Source of the DNA: Cladosporium halotolerans
Lineage: Eukaryota
Assembly: GCF_011745625.1 (NCBI RefSeq)
Contig: NW_027191452.1
Location: 62,001-126,000, forward strand
DNA: 64,000 nucleotides
Direction of reading: 5' to 3'
Every line of letters begins with the position of its first letter. Positions within the stretch are counted from its first letter, which is position 1. Shown one piece after another: positions 21,830-33,861 of this stretch. The notes beneath the pieces were generated by a model, which searched no databases, was not told where the DNA came from, and saw only the letters and a program-made list of their open reading frames with translations. A program made the translations under genes and the position numbers.

Positions 21830-24753
21830 ATGCAACCCATCTCCTTGCCTACGCTATGGCGTCTGTCGGCTTTCTTTGCCATCTTTCCTCGGACCGGAGT
21901 GAACGCCCAGTCGGGCCCTTCACCGGGTATGATCCTTCGGCCAGCTTACCGAAATCATGGGTGAAGACTGACTTCAGTGTAGTTTGCGATGGCTCTGTCA
22001 CAGTCACCTTTGTTCCGCCGCCGTTTACGGTCACGGTATTCACAACGGGAATCTTCAATACTTCAGCGGATATTCCATCTTTGAGTGGAATTCCGAGTGG
22101 ATCGCCTAGCTTGACATTGTCCGCCTCCGAACCCACACTCGATTTGCCAAGCGACACAACATTGTTGACCGGCCTCCCGTCATATCCGCTATCCGATGCA
22201 ACTAGTCTAGCCACTCCGTCAATATCAATTTCACCAGCAGCTAGCTTGTCGATCCCTACGATTTCCACCAGTCTCAACACAGATCTATCGGTATCGATCT
22301 CTGGGAATATTCCTTCACAACTTTCAACGACACCCACAATATCAACCGACCTGCCGTTGAGTATATCCACAATTTCTGTAGATTTGACAGCATCAGCACC
22401 GTCTATTATCTTGAACACAAACCCGACGTTGTCTGCATCGATCAGTCTGCCAACAGGAACTACTCTACAGGTGTGTTGACATCCTATCATTCTTCAATCG
22501 CGGTCTACTGACTTACGAAAGTTAAGCTCGTTGTCCGGCGTGCCAGGGACGTCTGTGACCTTGCCGGACGCGTCCCTCAACTCTACTCTGATAACTCTGG
22601 CTCAGAGCTCACCAACGTTGTCTCTGAACTCTCAGCTGCCGTCTCTGACCTCAGTGACGCTGTCATTGACGATCATTCCAAGCGGTCTGAGCACGTCGCT
22701 CGAGATCCCAACTGGGCAGAGTATATCGTTGAGCTCCGTAACTGTGTCACCAAGCTTGCCCAGCATTTCACTTAGCGCCTCTACTGGATTGCCGGATCTG
22801 GGCCTCTCAGCCTCAAGGACGAGCTCCGTATCGGTCCCTTCCGTCTCGTTACGCATTACGAATCCACCAATACCCACTGCTACCACACTCAGTCTGCTGT
22901 CTTGCCCGGATGACAATGGTCTGAACTATTTGTCGCCAGGCGGCAAATCCTTCCAGCTCGAATGTGGTGTCGAACGTCTCGGTAACGTGATATCGCAAGC
23001 ACTCGAGCCGAATCTCCAAACATGCATTGACTCTTGCGACGACGTATCTGAATGTGTGGGTGTATCTTACATTCCTGCCAGTGGCTTGTGCTCTTATAAG
23101 GATGGCATCACCTCAAATACGCTTCCGAACAACAATGGCATATCGGCATCCCCTGTCGACCTTTCTTGCGACGGGGCTGACGGGGCAGACTTCATGGACT
23201 ATACTGGCGGATCATATAGAGTCTTGTGCGACTATGAATACCCAGCCGGCTCCGAGATTAGGACGATTTCCAGTCCCGGATTCGCAGATTGCTCTGACGA
23301 CTGCACCGAGCTACCGGAGTGCACAGCTTTCAGCTACACCAACAACGTCTGCACGTTCTTGAGAGGCTACGGCACCCCACCGACGGGCGCAACAAGAAAC
23401 GGCACCAGCACTTTCGTGCTACTGTCCAAGCGTGCGGTGAGGGTCGTTAACGGTAGTACTATTTATGACACCAGTACTCCCGGGACTGTCCCTCCATACT
23501 CCACTTCTCGTTCGCTACGCCCGGGCACGCGCACTGGATCATCTGTCACGGGTTCCACGATGCCGACAAGTGTCTCAATCCCCTCCATTTCAGTCAACAC
23601 TGCGATTACTTCGGTCACGGGTGTTGGTAGTGCGGTCTCCAGCGCATTGTCTGGGGTCACTGGATTAACGTCTTTGCTGACACTACCATCCACCTCTGCC
23701 ACACAAGTATTCGTTGGATCGTCAGCTTTAGTCGCAACCTCTCAAGGGCCAACACAGACACCGGTAGCGTATATGTGTCCTGCGCAGGATGGGCAGGTCC
23801 TCGTGGAGAATGGTCAAAGCTACGTGCTGAACTGCAATAGTTCAACTTCGGGCACCCACTACTCGACACGACAAGCAGCCACGTCTTTCAACGATTGCTT
23901 CAGGGAATGTGACCAGAGCAGCACCAATGAGGGAGCGAGATACTGCACTGCATTCACGTACGAAGGTCCCTCGAACGGCCAGGGATCCGGTACTTGCTAC
24001 CTCTACAACGGCGTCACCCAAGGGTTTACCGCTTCGACTGGAACGCGTTCGATCTCAGCTATCAGAGCCGTCAACTACGCGCCTGCGGCTGGCGGAGGTG
24101 CGGCTTCGTCTGCACTCTCCGGTTTAACAGGATTGACGACGCCATTCCCTTCAACCTCGCTGACACTGTCCTTGAGTGTACCGACAGCTTCAGTAACTAG
24201 TGTCGCCCCCAATGTCAACGTCGACCTAACTGGCACCCTCGGCGCCTCGTTGTCTGTAGGTTTAGGATTGGGGCTCAGCGCAAGTCTGGGCTCGTCCGGG
24301 CTCGGATTGGGTCTCAACCCTACACTCGGCGCAGGAGTCGGAGCGGGTTTAGGTCTGGGTGGCGGAGGAGGCGGAGGTGCTGCTAGCACTTCCAACTACG
24401 TCACGCCACTCGCCCCCGTGCTCACCACAACGATCACCGTGACGCCGACGCCGACGTTCACAACGACAACCGTCCTCACCACGTCGACAGTGACCTCGTG
24501 TTTGACCGGCGCCGGCGGCGTCCTGACGTGCCCCATCGGCGGCCTGTTCACCACGCTCCCGTCGACAAGCGGCGCGGTGACGAGCATCAGCACGAGCGTC
24601 AGCGTCAGCATCAGCTACGTGACCGTCACAACCACGGGCACGTCTTCGTCGCGAACAGTCTCCACCTTCTCTACCCGGACCTCCAGCAGCAGCTCGCAAG
24701 CACCGACGGGTGCGTGCTTGGGCGTTATCATCAATGGAAATTGCATCGTTTAG
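21830..24753 (+). CDS. Secreted Ser/Thr-rich protein with PAN/apple-like Cys modules
   Basis: Predicted signal exon MQPISLPTLWRLSAFFAIFPRTGVNAQ; introns ~21927-21982 and ~22471-22521; three modules such as CIDSCDDVSECVGVSY...CSYK. Confidence 0.75.
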
Positions 24754-24934
24754 GTACTTCCTTCTGTCCAAGATCGCATCGCAACATCAGACATCGAGGC
24801 ATTGCATGTGGGGGCGTTTTGCTGGGGCCAATAATTTTCTTGTTTGAGATATCTTCCAGACGATGTAACTTTCTTTTCCTTTCTACAGTAATCTAGAAAC
24901 ACATATAAGCCAAGCTCCGCCGAACATGGCGTTT

Positions 24935-26219
24935 CTACCTCTCGTTCGGCTCGCGCCCTCTGCCCTCCCCATCTACAGTCCGCGGGAACGCGTCCGCAGG
25001 CGAAGTCACCGCTGGCGGCGCAGCCGCCTCAGGCGCAGCATTGTTGCGGTACATGAAGAACTGCGCGAAGACAGCGAAGTCCAGCACGAGCGTGCCGGCG
25101 CTGCCGATCAGCCAGCTGAGGTTGACAAGGATGTAGCGGGCATAGATGGCGCCGGCCTCGCCGGGCTTGCAGTGGCTGCGCTCGTGCCAGTGGCCGTGGG
25201 CGTGGCGGGCGCAGATGGGCTCGAAGGCGAAGATGCTGAGGACAAAGGTCAGGTTGCCAAGACAGGCGAAGAGGAAGAAGAGCGCGTTGAGGCCCTCCGT
25301 ACTCTGCCTGCGGTAGTTGAGCAGGATCTGCGGCAGGCGGCTGCCGAGGTAGAGCACGGCGCAGACGTAGCCGAAGATCTGGCCCCAGAGGCTGAACTTG
25401 AGGGTCGAGGCTTGGTCGTCGGCGTCGGTGCGGTTGTCGTTGTGCGGGGGCGTGGAGGGGCTGAGGTAGTAGCCGACGATGCCGGCGAGGATGACGAGCA
25501 CGATGGCTGTGCCGTTGAAGAGGATTGCTTGGAGCCAGGTGCGCGGTTGAGTGGGCTTAGCGGCCTCGACGTCGTCTTTGTCTTCGGGTTGAGGGTGCAT
25601 GGGCGTCGCGGGCGAGAGATACGTGCCGTTCAGATTGGTGAGGTGCTCGCGGTAAGTCGACGCGGAACGAGTGCGCTCGCCGTTGGCATCCGTGGACGAA
25701 AGGGCTCTCTGCAGTTCGCCGCGAGCACTGCGTTCAGGGACAAGCGGCGTACGCTCTGAAGCCTGGCCGTCTTCCACGTGAGCGGGCTTGTTTGGCTTAG
25801 GATCCCTCAGAGTAAATCCGCGGTAGTAAAAGCACTGGATGAGCAGGACAATGTCTGCCAGAGTGTAATAGATGGCAAGGATGATCTGAGGAGAGGTCAG
25901 CAAGGTTCAACTCAAGCCGCGCGAGAAGTATCTTACCATGGTCGGCATAATGCCCTGCAGGACTCCACCTGCCATGTTGAAGAAGTCGCCAGCTGCGGAT
26001 GTTCTGTCAGCACAAGGTCTAGTTTCAGACATCGAGCGTGAAATCCTTACCCAGCCATATCACGATGAATTCAATGCTGAGGCCATCGGCAGACTTCTTG
26101 TTGTAGTTTTCGATGATCTGTGGCGAGAAAACCACGACCCAGCATGCAATCGAGATGGAGCCCAGGATACCACTGATGGCTTCAATGTCCAGGCCGTAGC
26201 CCATTGATGGCGGATACAT
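24935..26219 (-). CDS. PQ-loop vacuolar basic amino-acid transporter (Ypq1/Ypq2/Rtc2 family)
   Basis: Two PQ motifs (FSPQIIENY..KSADGLS; SRLPQILLNYRRQSTEGL); introns 25993-26050 and 25886-25936. Confidence 0.92.
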
Positions 26220-26807
26220 CTTGATTCGTGTAGCTCAGAATGCTACAACAATGGCGCAGTATGTCTAATGTATATCGCCCAGTGGTGGGAATTTAGTATG
26301 TCGTGATTTCGAGAGTGACTCGGAGTGCAATGGAAAATCCCAGGATGACGTTGCGGGCCAATGCTTTCCAGCGAGCTTGCAGATGGCGCGTCGCGTCGCG
26401 TGTATAGCCCTCGTACACTTTCCTCTATTCGTTTCTAACGTATATCCAGAATGCAGTAGTCGAGATGGTGAGTATCAATGACAGTCATCGCTTCACGACT
26501 CGATGTCGGTCTGGGTTATGGCGTGGTCAAGGTAGAGTTTTCGGCACGCGAGAAATTACGTAAGTCCGTGCATACCGCGACAGGCAGGAGACGAACTACA
26601 TTCGTGTGTTCCATCTACCTTATGATATTTAATTCCCATTGTGCATATCAAGAAGGACCTACCTACTACCATTGGCGAAGGGTTTTTGCAAGCATTGCGC
26701 AGACGGGGCCATCCTATCCGACTCGGGGCGGCCGACCATCTGTGCTACCTGCCAAGAGCTCAACCCTTGAGTCTGTCTGCATTCTTAATCAGAGGAGCTA
26801 TCTCACT

Positions 26808-28748
26808 CTATGGAGGCCCTGCTGCTGTCAAGAAGTCAAAGTCGGCGCCCTCTTCCGCTTGGTTGACCGAACGCATATAGAGCCCTCGGTAGCCTCTCAT
26901 CTTCTTCCTAGCTGCCCACGGAGCTTGTTCAGCGCCTGCTGGCGACCCTTCCACTTGCTCCTTTCTTGCCTTGACCCGCTTTGCCAGCTCGTCGTCACTC
27001 AAATCCACCCGCAATACCCGGCGATCAAGGTCAAACTCGATCATGTCTCCGCTCTGAACAACGCCAAAGACCGAGTCTGGATGACTTGATTCTGGCGAGA
27101 CGTGCAACACAATCGTGCCTCCTGCCGTGCCGCTCATCCTGCCATCCGAGATTCTGAGCATGTCCGTCACACCAGCGGCTCCAAGCTTGCGAGGGATTGG
27201 AATCATGCCAGCCTCTGGCATTCCAGGATTCCCTACCGGACCTATGCCCTGCAAGATCAGGACGCTGTCAGCGTCAACCTCAAGGTCTTCACTGTCAATC
27301 CGTGCCGCCATGTCCGCCGAGTTGGTGAAAACGACTGCTGGACCGCGATGCTTAAGTAAGCGGCGGTCTTTCGAAGCACTCGCCTTCATCACCGCGCCTT
27401 GTGGGGCGATGTTACCCTTCACGACGACCAGTGACGATGCTGGATACAGCGGGTTGTCTAAAGGCCGTATGCACTGTGCGGGGCTGTCGAGAGGCACAGA
27501 TACGTATTTTGTCCCATCAAGTAGCTCGCCTAGTGTTTGCCCAGTGACCGTTTTGGCATCCAGATGTAACAACGGCTTCAGGGTACGGAGCAAAGCCGGC
27601 ATACCGCCAGCATTGTGAAAGTCAGTCATGTAGTTCTCTCCGCTTGGCTTCAGGTCCACCAAGAGCGGCGTTTTTCTGCCAATCTCGTCGAACGTCTGCA
27701 AAGTGATCGATCCAGCGACATTCGGATGGCGATTGATGATCGCCATTAGATGAACCACAGCATTCGTCGATCCTCCAATGGCCTGCAGAACGGTTATTGC
27801 GTTGATGAACGACTCGCGACTAAGCACATCTTGCGGTTTGATCTGCTTTTCAGCGCAACGCACAGCGATCCCGCCCGTCTCTTCAGCGATGCGTATTCTC
27901 GCAGCTGAGACGGCGGCGGCGCTCGCACCTTTCAGAGGCATGAGCCCCAGTACGGCCAGAATACATGCCATGGTGCTAGCAGTGCCCATCACACCACAGG
28001 TGCCGGCCTAGGAACTGGTCAGTCTGAGTCGATTGCATTGCTCATATATAGGTCTTACCGTTGGCGCAAGCTCCTCATTGATAGCCGAAATCTCCTCGAT
28101 ATCGATCGTGCCGGCGCGGAACTTAGCCCAGTTGTTTCGGCAGTCGGTACACGCTCCCACTCGAGTGCCCTTATGACTACCTGGCATCATCGGGCCAGTG
28201 ACCAGCTGAACGATGGGCTTGTTGGCGGATATGCCGCCCATAAGCTGCGCGGGTGTGGTTTTATCACAGCCTGAGGCAGATTAGTAAAATACATTTAACG
28301 CCCATTAGTACATTGACCAACCTCCAATTAAAACAACCGCATCAACCGGCTGCGCCTTCACCATCTCCTCCGTATCCATACTCATAAGATTCCTCAAATA
28401 CATCGACGTCGGGCTCGAGAACGACTCATGGATGCTGATCGTAGGGAAGTCAACCGCCAGGCCGCCATTGAGTTGCACGCCGCGCTTGACGGCGTCGATG
28501 AGCTGTGGCACATTGCCGTGGCACGGGTTGAAGCCGGAGTACGTGTTGATGATTCCTATGATTGGGCGTGACAGGGCATCTTCGCTGTAGCCGAGGGCTT
28601 TGATGAAGACTTTCCGTAGGAAAAGGGAGAAGTGGGCGTCGCCATAGGATGCTAGGCCTTGTCGGAGGCCGGTGCCGGAGGTGATGGGCTGGGAGAGGTC
28701 GTAGTCGGATGAGGCCGTTGTATGAGAGACATTGGGTTGTTCTGACAT
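26808..28748 (-). CDS. IlvD/Edd-family dehydratase (dihydroxy-acid or sugar-acid dehydratase), no evident mitochondrial presequence
   Basis: FNPCH, IGGCDKT (across intron 28271-28321), GTCGVMGTASTM (across intron 28008-28058), GGSTNAVVHL, GMPEAG, SDGRMSGT, LHVSPE. Confidence 0.92.
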
Positions 28749-29139
28749 ATTGTTCTAGAAAAACGCTGACGACTGAGTTTTTTCTAACTCCCCAGTGGAA
28801 TAGCCGTATGAATATTCATTGAGATGGAAAGAGGAATGGTCATTCGAATCGGCATCGCTGCCAGAGGACATGGCGGGGGTGGGGCGTTTCGGAGGAACAT
28901 TGTCCGAGGAAGACAGGAAGTCGGAATTCATGTTCACAAGATCCAGAAACTACTGACTTGTTATCTCCAGGTTCTCCGAGTAACATTCTATGTGTATCTT
29001 TGCAATGCAGTGAGAGCTGGCGTTCATGATTGCTCTCCAACCATAGACACATATCATGAGATTGCTGTGGTATCTTTCATGCATATGCCTAACACGCCGG
29101 ATCTTGGTGAATTGGTGGTAGAGCTTCGCATTGAACCCT

Positions 29140-29775
29140 TCATTTTCCGTCAGGCCGGTCGCTCTTAGGTCTAGGTTTCCTTGGAGTCATCATCTTGTGC
29201 CCAGCAGACCACTTCTCCATGAGCTTCGGATCGAATCCCATAGGCAAGCCGCCACCCGGCTTCGATTTCCGCTCAGACAAGCGGAACCTGTCGGAGCCAG
29301 CAGCATCATCCTCCCTCGCTCGCTGTGAAAGGAAGCGCCCTGATCTTTTCTGAGCAGCAGCAAGTTCAGTGCGCAGCTTCTCGTTCTCTCTTCGAAGTTC
29401 GTTAACGAGAATAGAAGACTTTTCCTCGGCCTCTGCTGCAGCGTCATCTTCATCATCATCGTCCCCGCCAGCGCCAATCAATTGCTCGTGGGCAGCATCC
29501 AGAGCATCCTGCTGTTTGACGAATGCTTCTTCGCGCTTTGCGAGCTCTGCTTCTCGCTGGTCGAGCTGCGCTTCGCGCTCTTTCAGCGCAGCCTGCGCCG
29601 TGTGAAGGTCGGAGCCCGAATCCGTAAATTGAGGGCCGGACAAGAGGCCTGGAGTACCGGTGCTATGCGAAAAACTCTTCTCCATATTTCCCGAGCTGTC
29701 GCGGAATTCCTTCTTGGTCTCAAAATAGTCCGCGGCGGTCGTTGACCAGGAAGAGTGCGAATCGGGCATTGCCAA
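29140..29775 (-). CDS. Hypothetical coiled-coil protein
   Basis: 211 aa; E/R/K-rich heptads (LKEREAQLDQREAELAKREEAF; NELRRENEKLRTEL); start uncertain. Confidence 0.55.
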   Translation of the reverse strand: MAMPDSHSSWSTTAADYFETKKEFRDSSGNMEKSFSHSTGTPGLLSGPQFTDSGSDLHTAQAALKEREAQLDQREAELAKREEAFVKQQDALDAAHEQLIGAGGDDDDEDDAAAEAEEKSSILVNELRRENEKLRTELAAAQKRSGRFLSQRAREDDAAGSDRFRLSERKSKPGGGLPMGFDPKLMEKWSAGHKMMTPRKPRPKSDRPDGK

Positions 29776-30246
29776 ACGCTTGCTTCGAGACGTATGTGAT
29801 TGCGAATGCTCGATACACTGAGATGGTTGATAAAATGCTACGGATTTTGTAGTTCCTGTTTCTGTTCGATGTCACTAATGATGAGTTTTGATGATCATGC
29901 AAGGAGAGAATCTGGCAGCAACAGCGCGCGTTGCATCAGCCAGCGCGTGTCCAGCGTCATAACCGTTACACTAAACGAGGCAACACCCAAAAGGGTAAAT
30001 GCGGCATATGTATAGGTAGAGGAAATTTGCTTCACTTTGGCTAGATATGATGAGGAAAGACAGGTAAAACATGTGAAAGAGGTCGCTGCCATTTCATCAG
30101 ACCTTTGGACAACAACACGCATCAGTCGGCTCGCAACCGTTGTCCTTGGGTGCATCGCCGACATAGAACAAAATGCTTGGATATACTTGATAACTGCCTT
30201 GATTCGTCTTGCCCTTTTTGCGGAAGACACGGACCCAGCAATAAAG

Positions 30247-31380
30247 TTAATTGATCAGTATGTTGACTAGGTGTAGTTGGAAATTGAAAGAGTGAAGGCT
30301 TACCTTGACGACGGATTTTGCCCCGAACGCTTTCTTATGCTGGATCAGTGCTCCAGCCTGAGTTCCTAGCAGTGCTTTCCCTTCAGATTCGTTCATGCTG
30401 AACTCTGTTCCGGGCCATTGGGAAATGTCTTTCTTGCCATTGTTCCTGTTCATCAAAGCCTTCAGGACGACCGCCCAAGTGTTCGTGTTGTCGACATTCA
30501 GGAAGAGTAGGTACTTGAGACCTGATACCGAGACTTTTGCTCGGCTACAAAGCTTGGAATACTCGAGAAACAAGACGTCTGAGTACTGTGCAAATGGGAC
30601 AACCTTCCCCTTGATGTTGTTGGCTTGGACTTCATAGTAGGGTGAGAAGACCTCGTGCGGTATGACCAGCCCCGCAGCGACGTTGATCGCCTGATCATAG
30701 GTTCCATTTGACGCCTTTATGGAAGCATAGTGAGCATCATGCAGCGACATTATACGGCTCAGGAACGATGGGGACGCAGGCAGACTCACCACAAACTTCA
30801 TCCCTTTGACTTCCACAGCAACGTCCTGTACGAGTCGCACATTGACACTGACCTTACTCGCCGTATCGATCGAGAGATCTTGCATCACATCATCGACACC
30901 CAAATAGGCCCAGTCGACCGGAGCTTCCTTCTCCGTCCATCCAAACTCTTTCAGATCCTGATCTTTGTCCCATTGGCTTTGGGAGGTCGAGAGTTTCAAA
31001 AGCTTTGGGTTGGTCTTCATGCGTGTCAAGGCATGCTCCAAATTGGCAGCAAGCATGTAGAGCATGCTGCAGCCTTTTCCCGCCGAGGTGTCGAACTCGG
31101 AATCTGTTGCGGGAGCCGGCTGCATCAAAGCGCGGCGATGGAGATGGCGAGGGATCATGAATGGGACGCTGGAGCCCTCATGTGGAGATCGGTACGTAGT
31201 GTTGGCTTCGATTGGTGACGTTTTGTCGCGGAGATGAAAGGTTTGTTTGTAGCTTGGAGTACTTGTGCCTTCCGAATTGAAGACATCGTTGAGCGGGCGC
31301 AGGAGTGCCCTACCGAACACCATGCGTATCTTAAACAGCAGGTTGAGCAGGATCAAGACCACTAGCTTGGTAGCTGCCAT
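30247..31380 (-). CDS. Hypothetical secreted protein (3' end uncertain)
   Basis: Hydrophobic N-terminus MAATKLVVLILLNLLF; probable in-frame intron 30715-30789; GTAAGC donor near 30304 suggests a further exon. Confidence 0.55.
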   Translation of the reverse strand: MAATKLVVLILLNLLFKIRMVFGRALLRPLNDVFNSEGTSTPSYKQTFHLRDKTSPIEANTTYRSPHEGSSVPFMIPRHLHRRALMQPAPATDSEFDTSAGKGCSMLYMLAANLEHALTRMKTNPKLLKLSTSQSQWDKDQDLKEFGWTEKEAPVDWAYLGVDDVMQDLSIDTASKVSVNVRLVQDVAVEVKGMKFVVSLPASPSFLSRIMSLHDAHYASIKASNGTYDQAINVAAGLVIPHEVFSPYYEVQANNIKGKVVPFAQYSDVLFLEYSKLCSRAKVSVSGLKYLLFLNVDNTNTWAVVLKALMNRNNGKKDISQWPGTEFSMNESEGKALLGTQAGALIQHKKAFGAKSVVKVSLHSFNFQLHLVNILIN

Positions 31381-31982
31381 CGTAATTGTTATGATCACAG
31401 ATGGGGCTACGTCGAGTCGTTCCTGGTGGTACTTCCTCCGAGCATCCAAGCCAGCAGAAATAACACTCGCACGCCGTTTACACTATTTGAAGATATCACA
31501 GATTGCTTGTACCGACCAAAGCACTGTCATGAGACTCGCCAGATGTTTGCAGGCCCATCACTGGCGGTCGAGTCTTGTGTCGTTCAGACGTGGCTGACAT
31601 GGCAGCCAAGTCGTTAGTGGTAGGAAATGCATTGCCATCGTCATGAACGGCTACGTTAATCCTGCCTTTGCCATGATATATTGCGTCCACAATTACAAAT
31701 GCACCTCCAATGGTTCCTGAATTGTGGAAAAGCCCACCCGGCCGTGATCCATACTCAATACCGTCACATGCCGTCCGTCGAAACCTTGTAGACATGTTTG
31801 CTCTCTCGTAAGCTGATGGTACACTTCAATGCCACAGCAATTGCTTGATGAAGACGTAGCAACACGAGATCATGCGGGAGGCCAGCGGTCTGTGATTGCC
31901 ATTCAAGTTCGCTGTTGGCAGGAGTGGATCAACCGAAAGAGCGTATTTCTTTCCCATGACAGCCTCCAGCCGAGCAGTGAGT

Positions 31983-33861
31983 CTAAGAGAGCTCTTGTCG
32001 TTCAACGACAGTGCCATCTTTGTTCTCGATATGAGCGGCGGGGAGATCTGTGTCTGCCGCTTTGAGACCAGTATTCTGAGCAGCCCTCTCACCGTCGAAT
32101 ATGATACTGATCTCCTCCAGCGTGATAGACTTGGTCTCAGGGTAAGTGAAGTAGACCATGACGATCTCCAGAATGACAATAGCGCATATGATAACATAGT
32201 ATCTGTGGAGGGTCAGCATGTTATGTAGATCACTCGATGGGGGGAGTGGGAACGTGGACTTACTTCCAACTGATGTTCTCCAGAGCTACCGGGTTGAGGT
32301 AATTGAAGCCGGTGATCGTGGCCTGCACTAACAGATTCTGCGTGCAGATCAATTTCGAGCGTATGTCGTAGCTCATCACCTCAACCGTATAGCCGGTGAG
32401 GATTCCGTTCCAGACTGTCGAGTACGAAGCCGTGAAGATGAATATGAAAGGGATGACGGCTGTACCTGCCGCTGCGGTCCCGTGTGTGGTATAGACGGCA
32501 CTGGCAACTGTCCACGCGATCAAAGCACATAACATGCCGGTGAGCGAAGACAGCATCATGGGTCGACGGCCGAATTTGTCAATAACATATGCTCCCCAAA
32601 ACGCGAAGCCCATGTTCCACATAGTAAGGCAGCCGTTAATGATTGATTGCGTGCGAGGATTGGTAATACCAACGCCTCGGAGGACAACGGCGAGATAGTC
32701 TAGCAGTGTCACAGGTCAGCAGTGCCTACAGACACTACAACCACCGTCAACTACTCACATCCTGTAAGTGTCGTGCCAGATGCTTGAGCACCAATTGCGC
32801 AGGTAACGCAGATCCAAGTACGGTGACGGTTGCCTTTAGTGCGGATGAGATCAAGCCAACTTCCGCTGCTGTGCTCTTTCTCGAACGCAAGTGTATGCTG
32901 GATTTCTCGGAGTTCGAAACTCGCAAGCTCATCGTTCTCATCACCGCCACAGTGGTGAGTACCTAGTATCGCAAGAGCTTCTTGATCTCGGCCCCGAGAG
33001 ACAAGCCAACCTGCGTTGAGCACATTAGCCAGATGTAAAAAGGACTAGAACTCGAGCGACTTACGTGGGCTCTCCGGCACCCACCACGTCAAGCCTACTG
33101 AAATCAGAGATGGGAAGATCTGGATAAGAGACACGCTCCGCCAACTCCAGTCGTTCGGTATGGTCAAAGTGCCTAGGCATATCCAAGCCGCGATCGTCGC
33201 ACCGAAATTGTAAAGTGTGTTGAGGAAAGTCGAGAGCTGAGCACGGTGTGTAGGATGAGCCAGCTCGGTCACAAGCATGGGCGCTGCCGTGTACTCGAAA
33301 CTGAGACCTGCAACATTAAGGTCAGTCTGACCGCGGTTGGTAACGGAGTCAAAGGACTACCAGTGGATCACTGACCTAATCCAATTATGGCTCGCGCGAC
33401 TGCGAACATTACAAGTCCGTTCGCAAACGTCTGCAGGAAGACACCCAGGATAATGATGAACGACCCAATGATTATTGTATACTTCCGCCCAATTTTTTCC
33501 ACGAGCCACCAAAGGAAGAACTGAGATACGACCCCGCCGAGGCCTTGTGTGCCGTTGAAGATACCAAGCTTAGCGCCGGAAGGGTAGTCGAAGTATCTGA
33601 GCATCGTCAACATTGAGAATACCATAGCGTTGAGGATCCGACATACTTGTTCCAGTAAGTCAAGGTTTGCATGCCGTTCATGATCGACCCATCGAGACCA
33701 TTCGTGGCCTGAACCAGGAGGACAACACTCATCCAGCCATAGAGTCGCCGTAGGTGCGGATATTGATACCACTTCTTGTCCAGAAGCTTCTGCACGTCAA
33801 TCGTGGCATCGTTCTGACCGTCGCTTGTGACAATTTGGTTTCGATGTTTAGAAGGTGACAT
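31983..33861 (-). CDS. MFS sugar porter (lactose permease/cellodextrin transporter-like), multi-exon
   Basis: ATNGLDGSIMNGMQ, EKIGRK, ELAHPTHR, WSWR, PESPR, DKFGRRP, YPETKSITLEEI motifs across about 6 exons. Confidence 0.9.

Noticed and set aside
24926..25759. 277-aa ORF antisense to the PQ-loop transporter
   Set aside because: Codon-bias shadow ORF.
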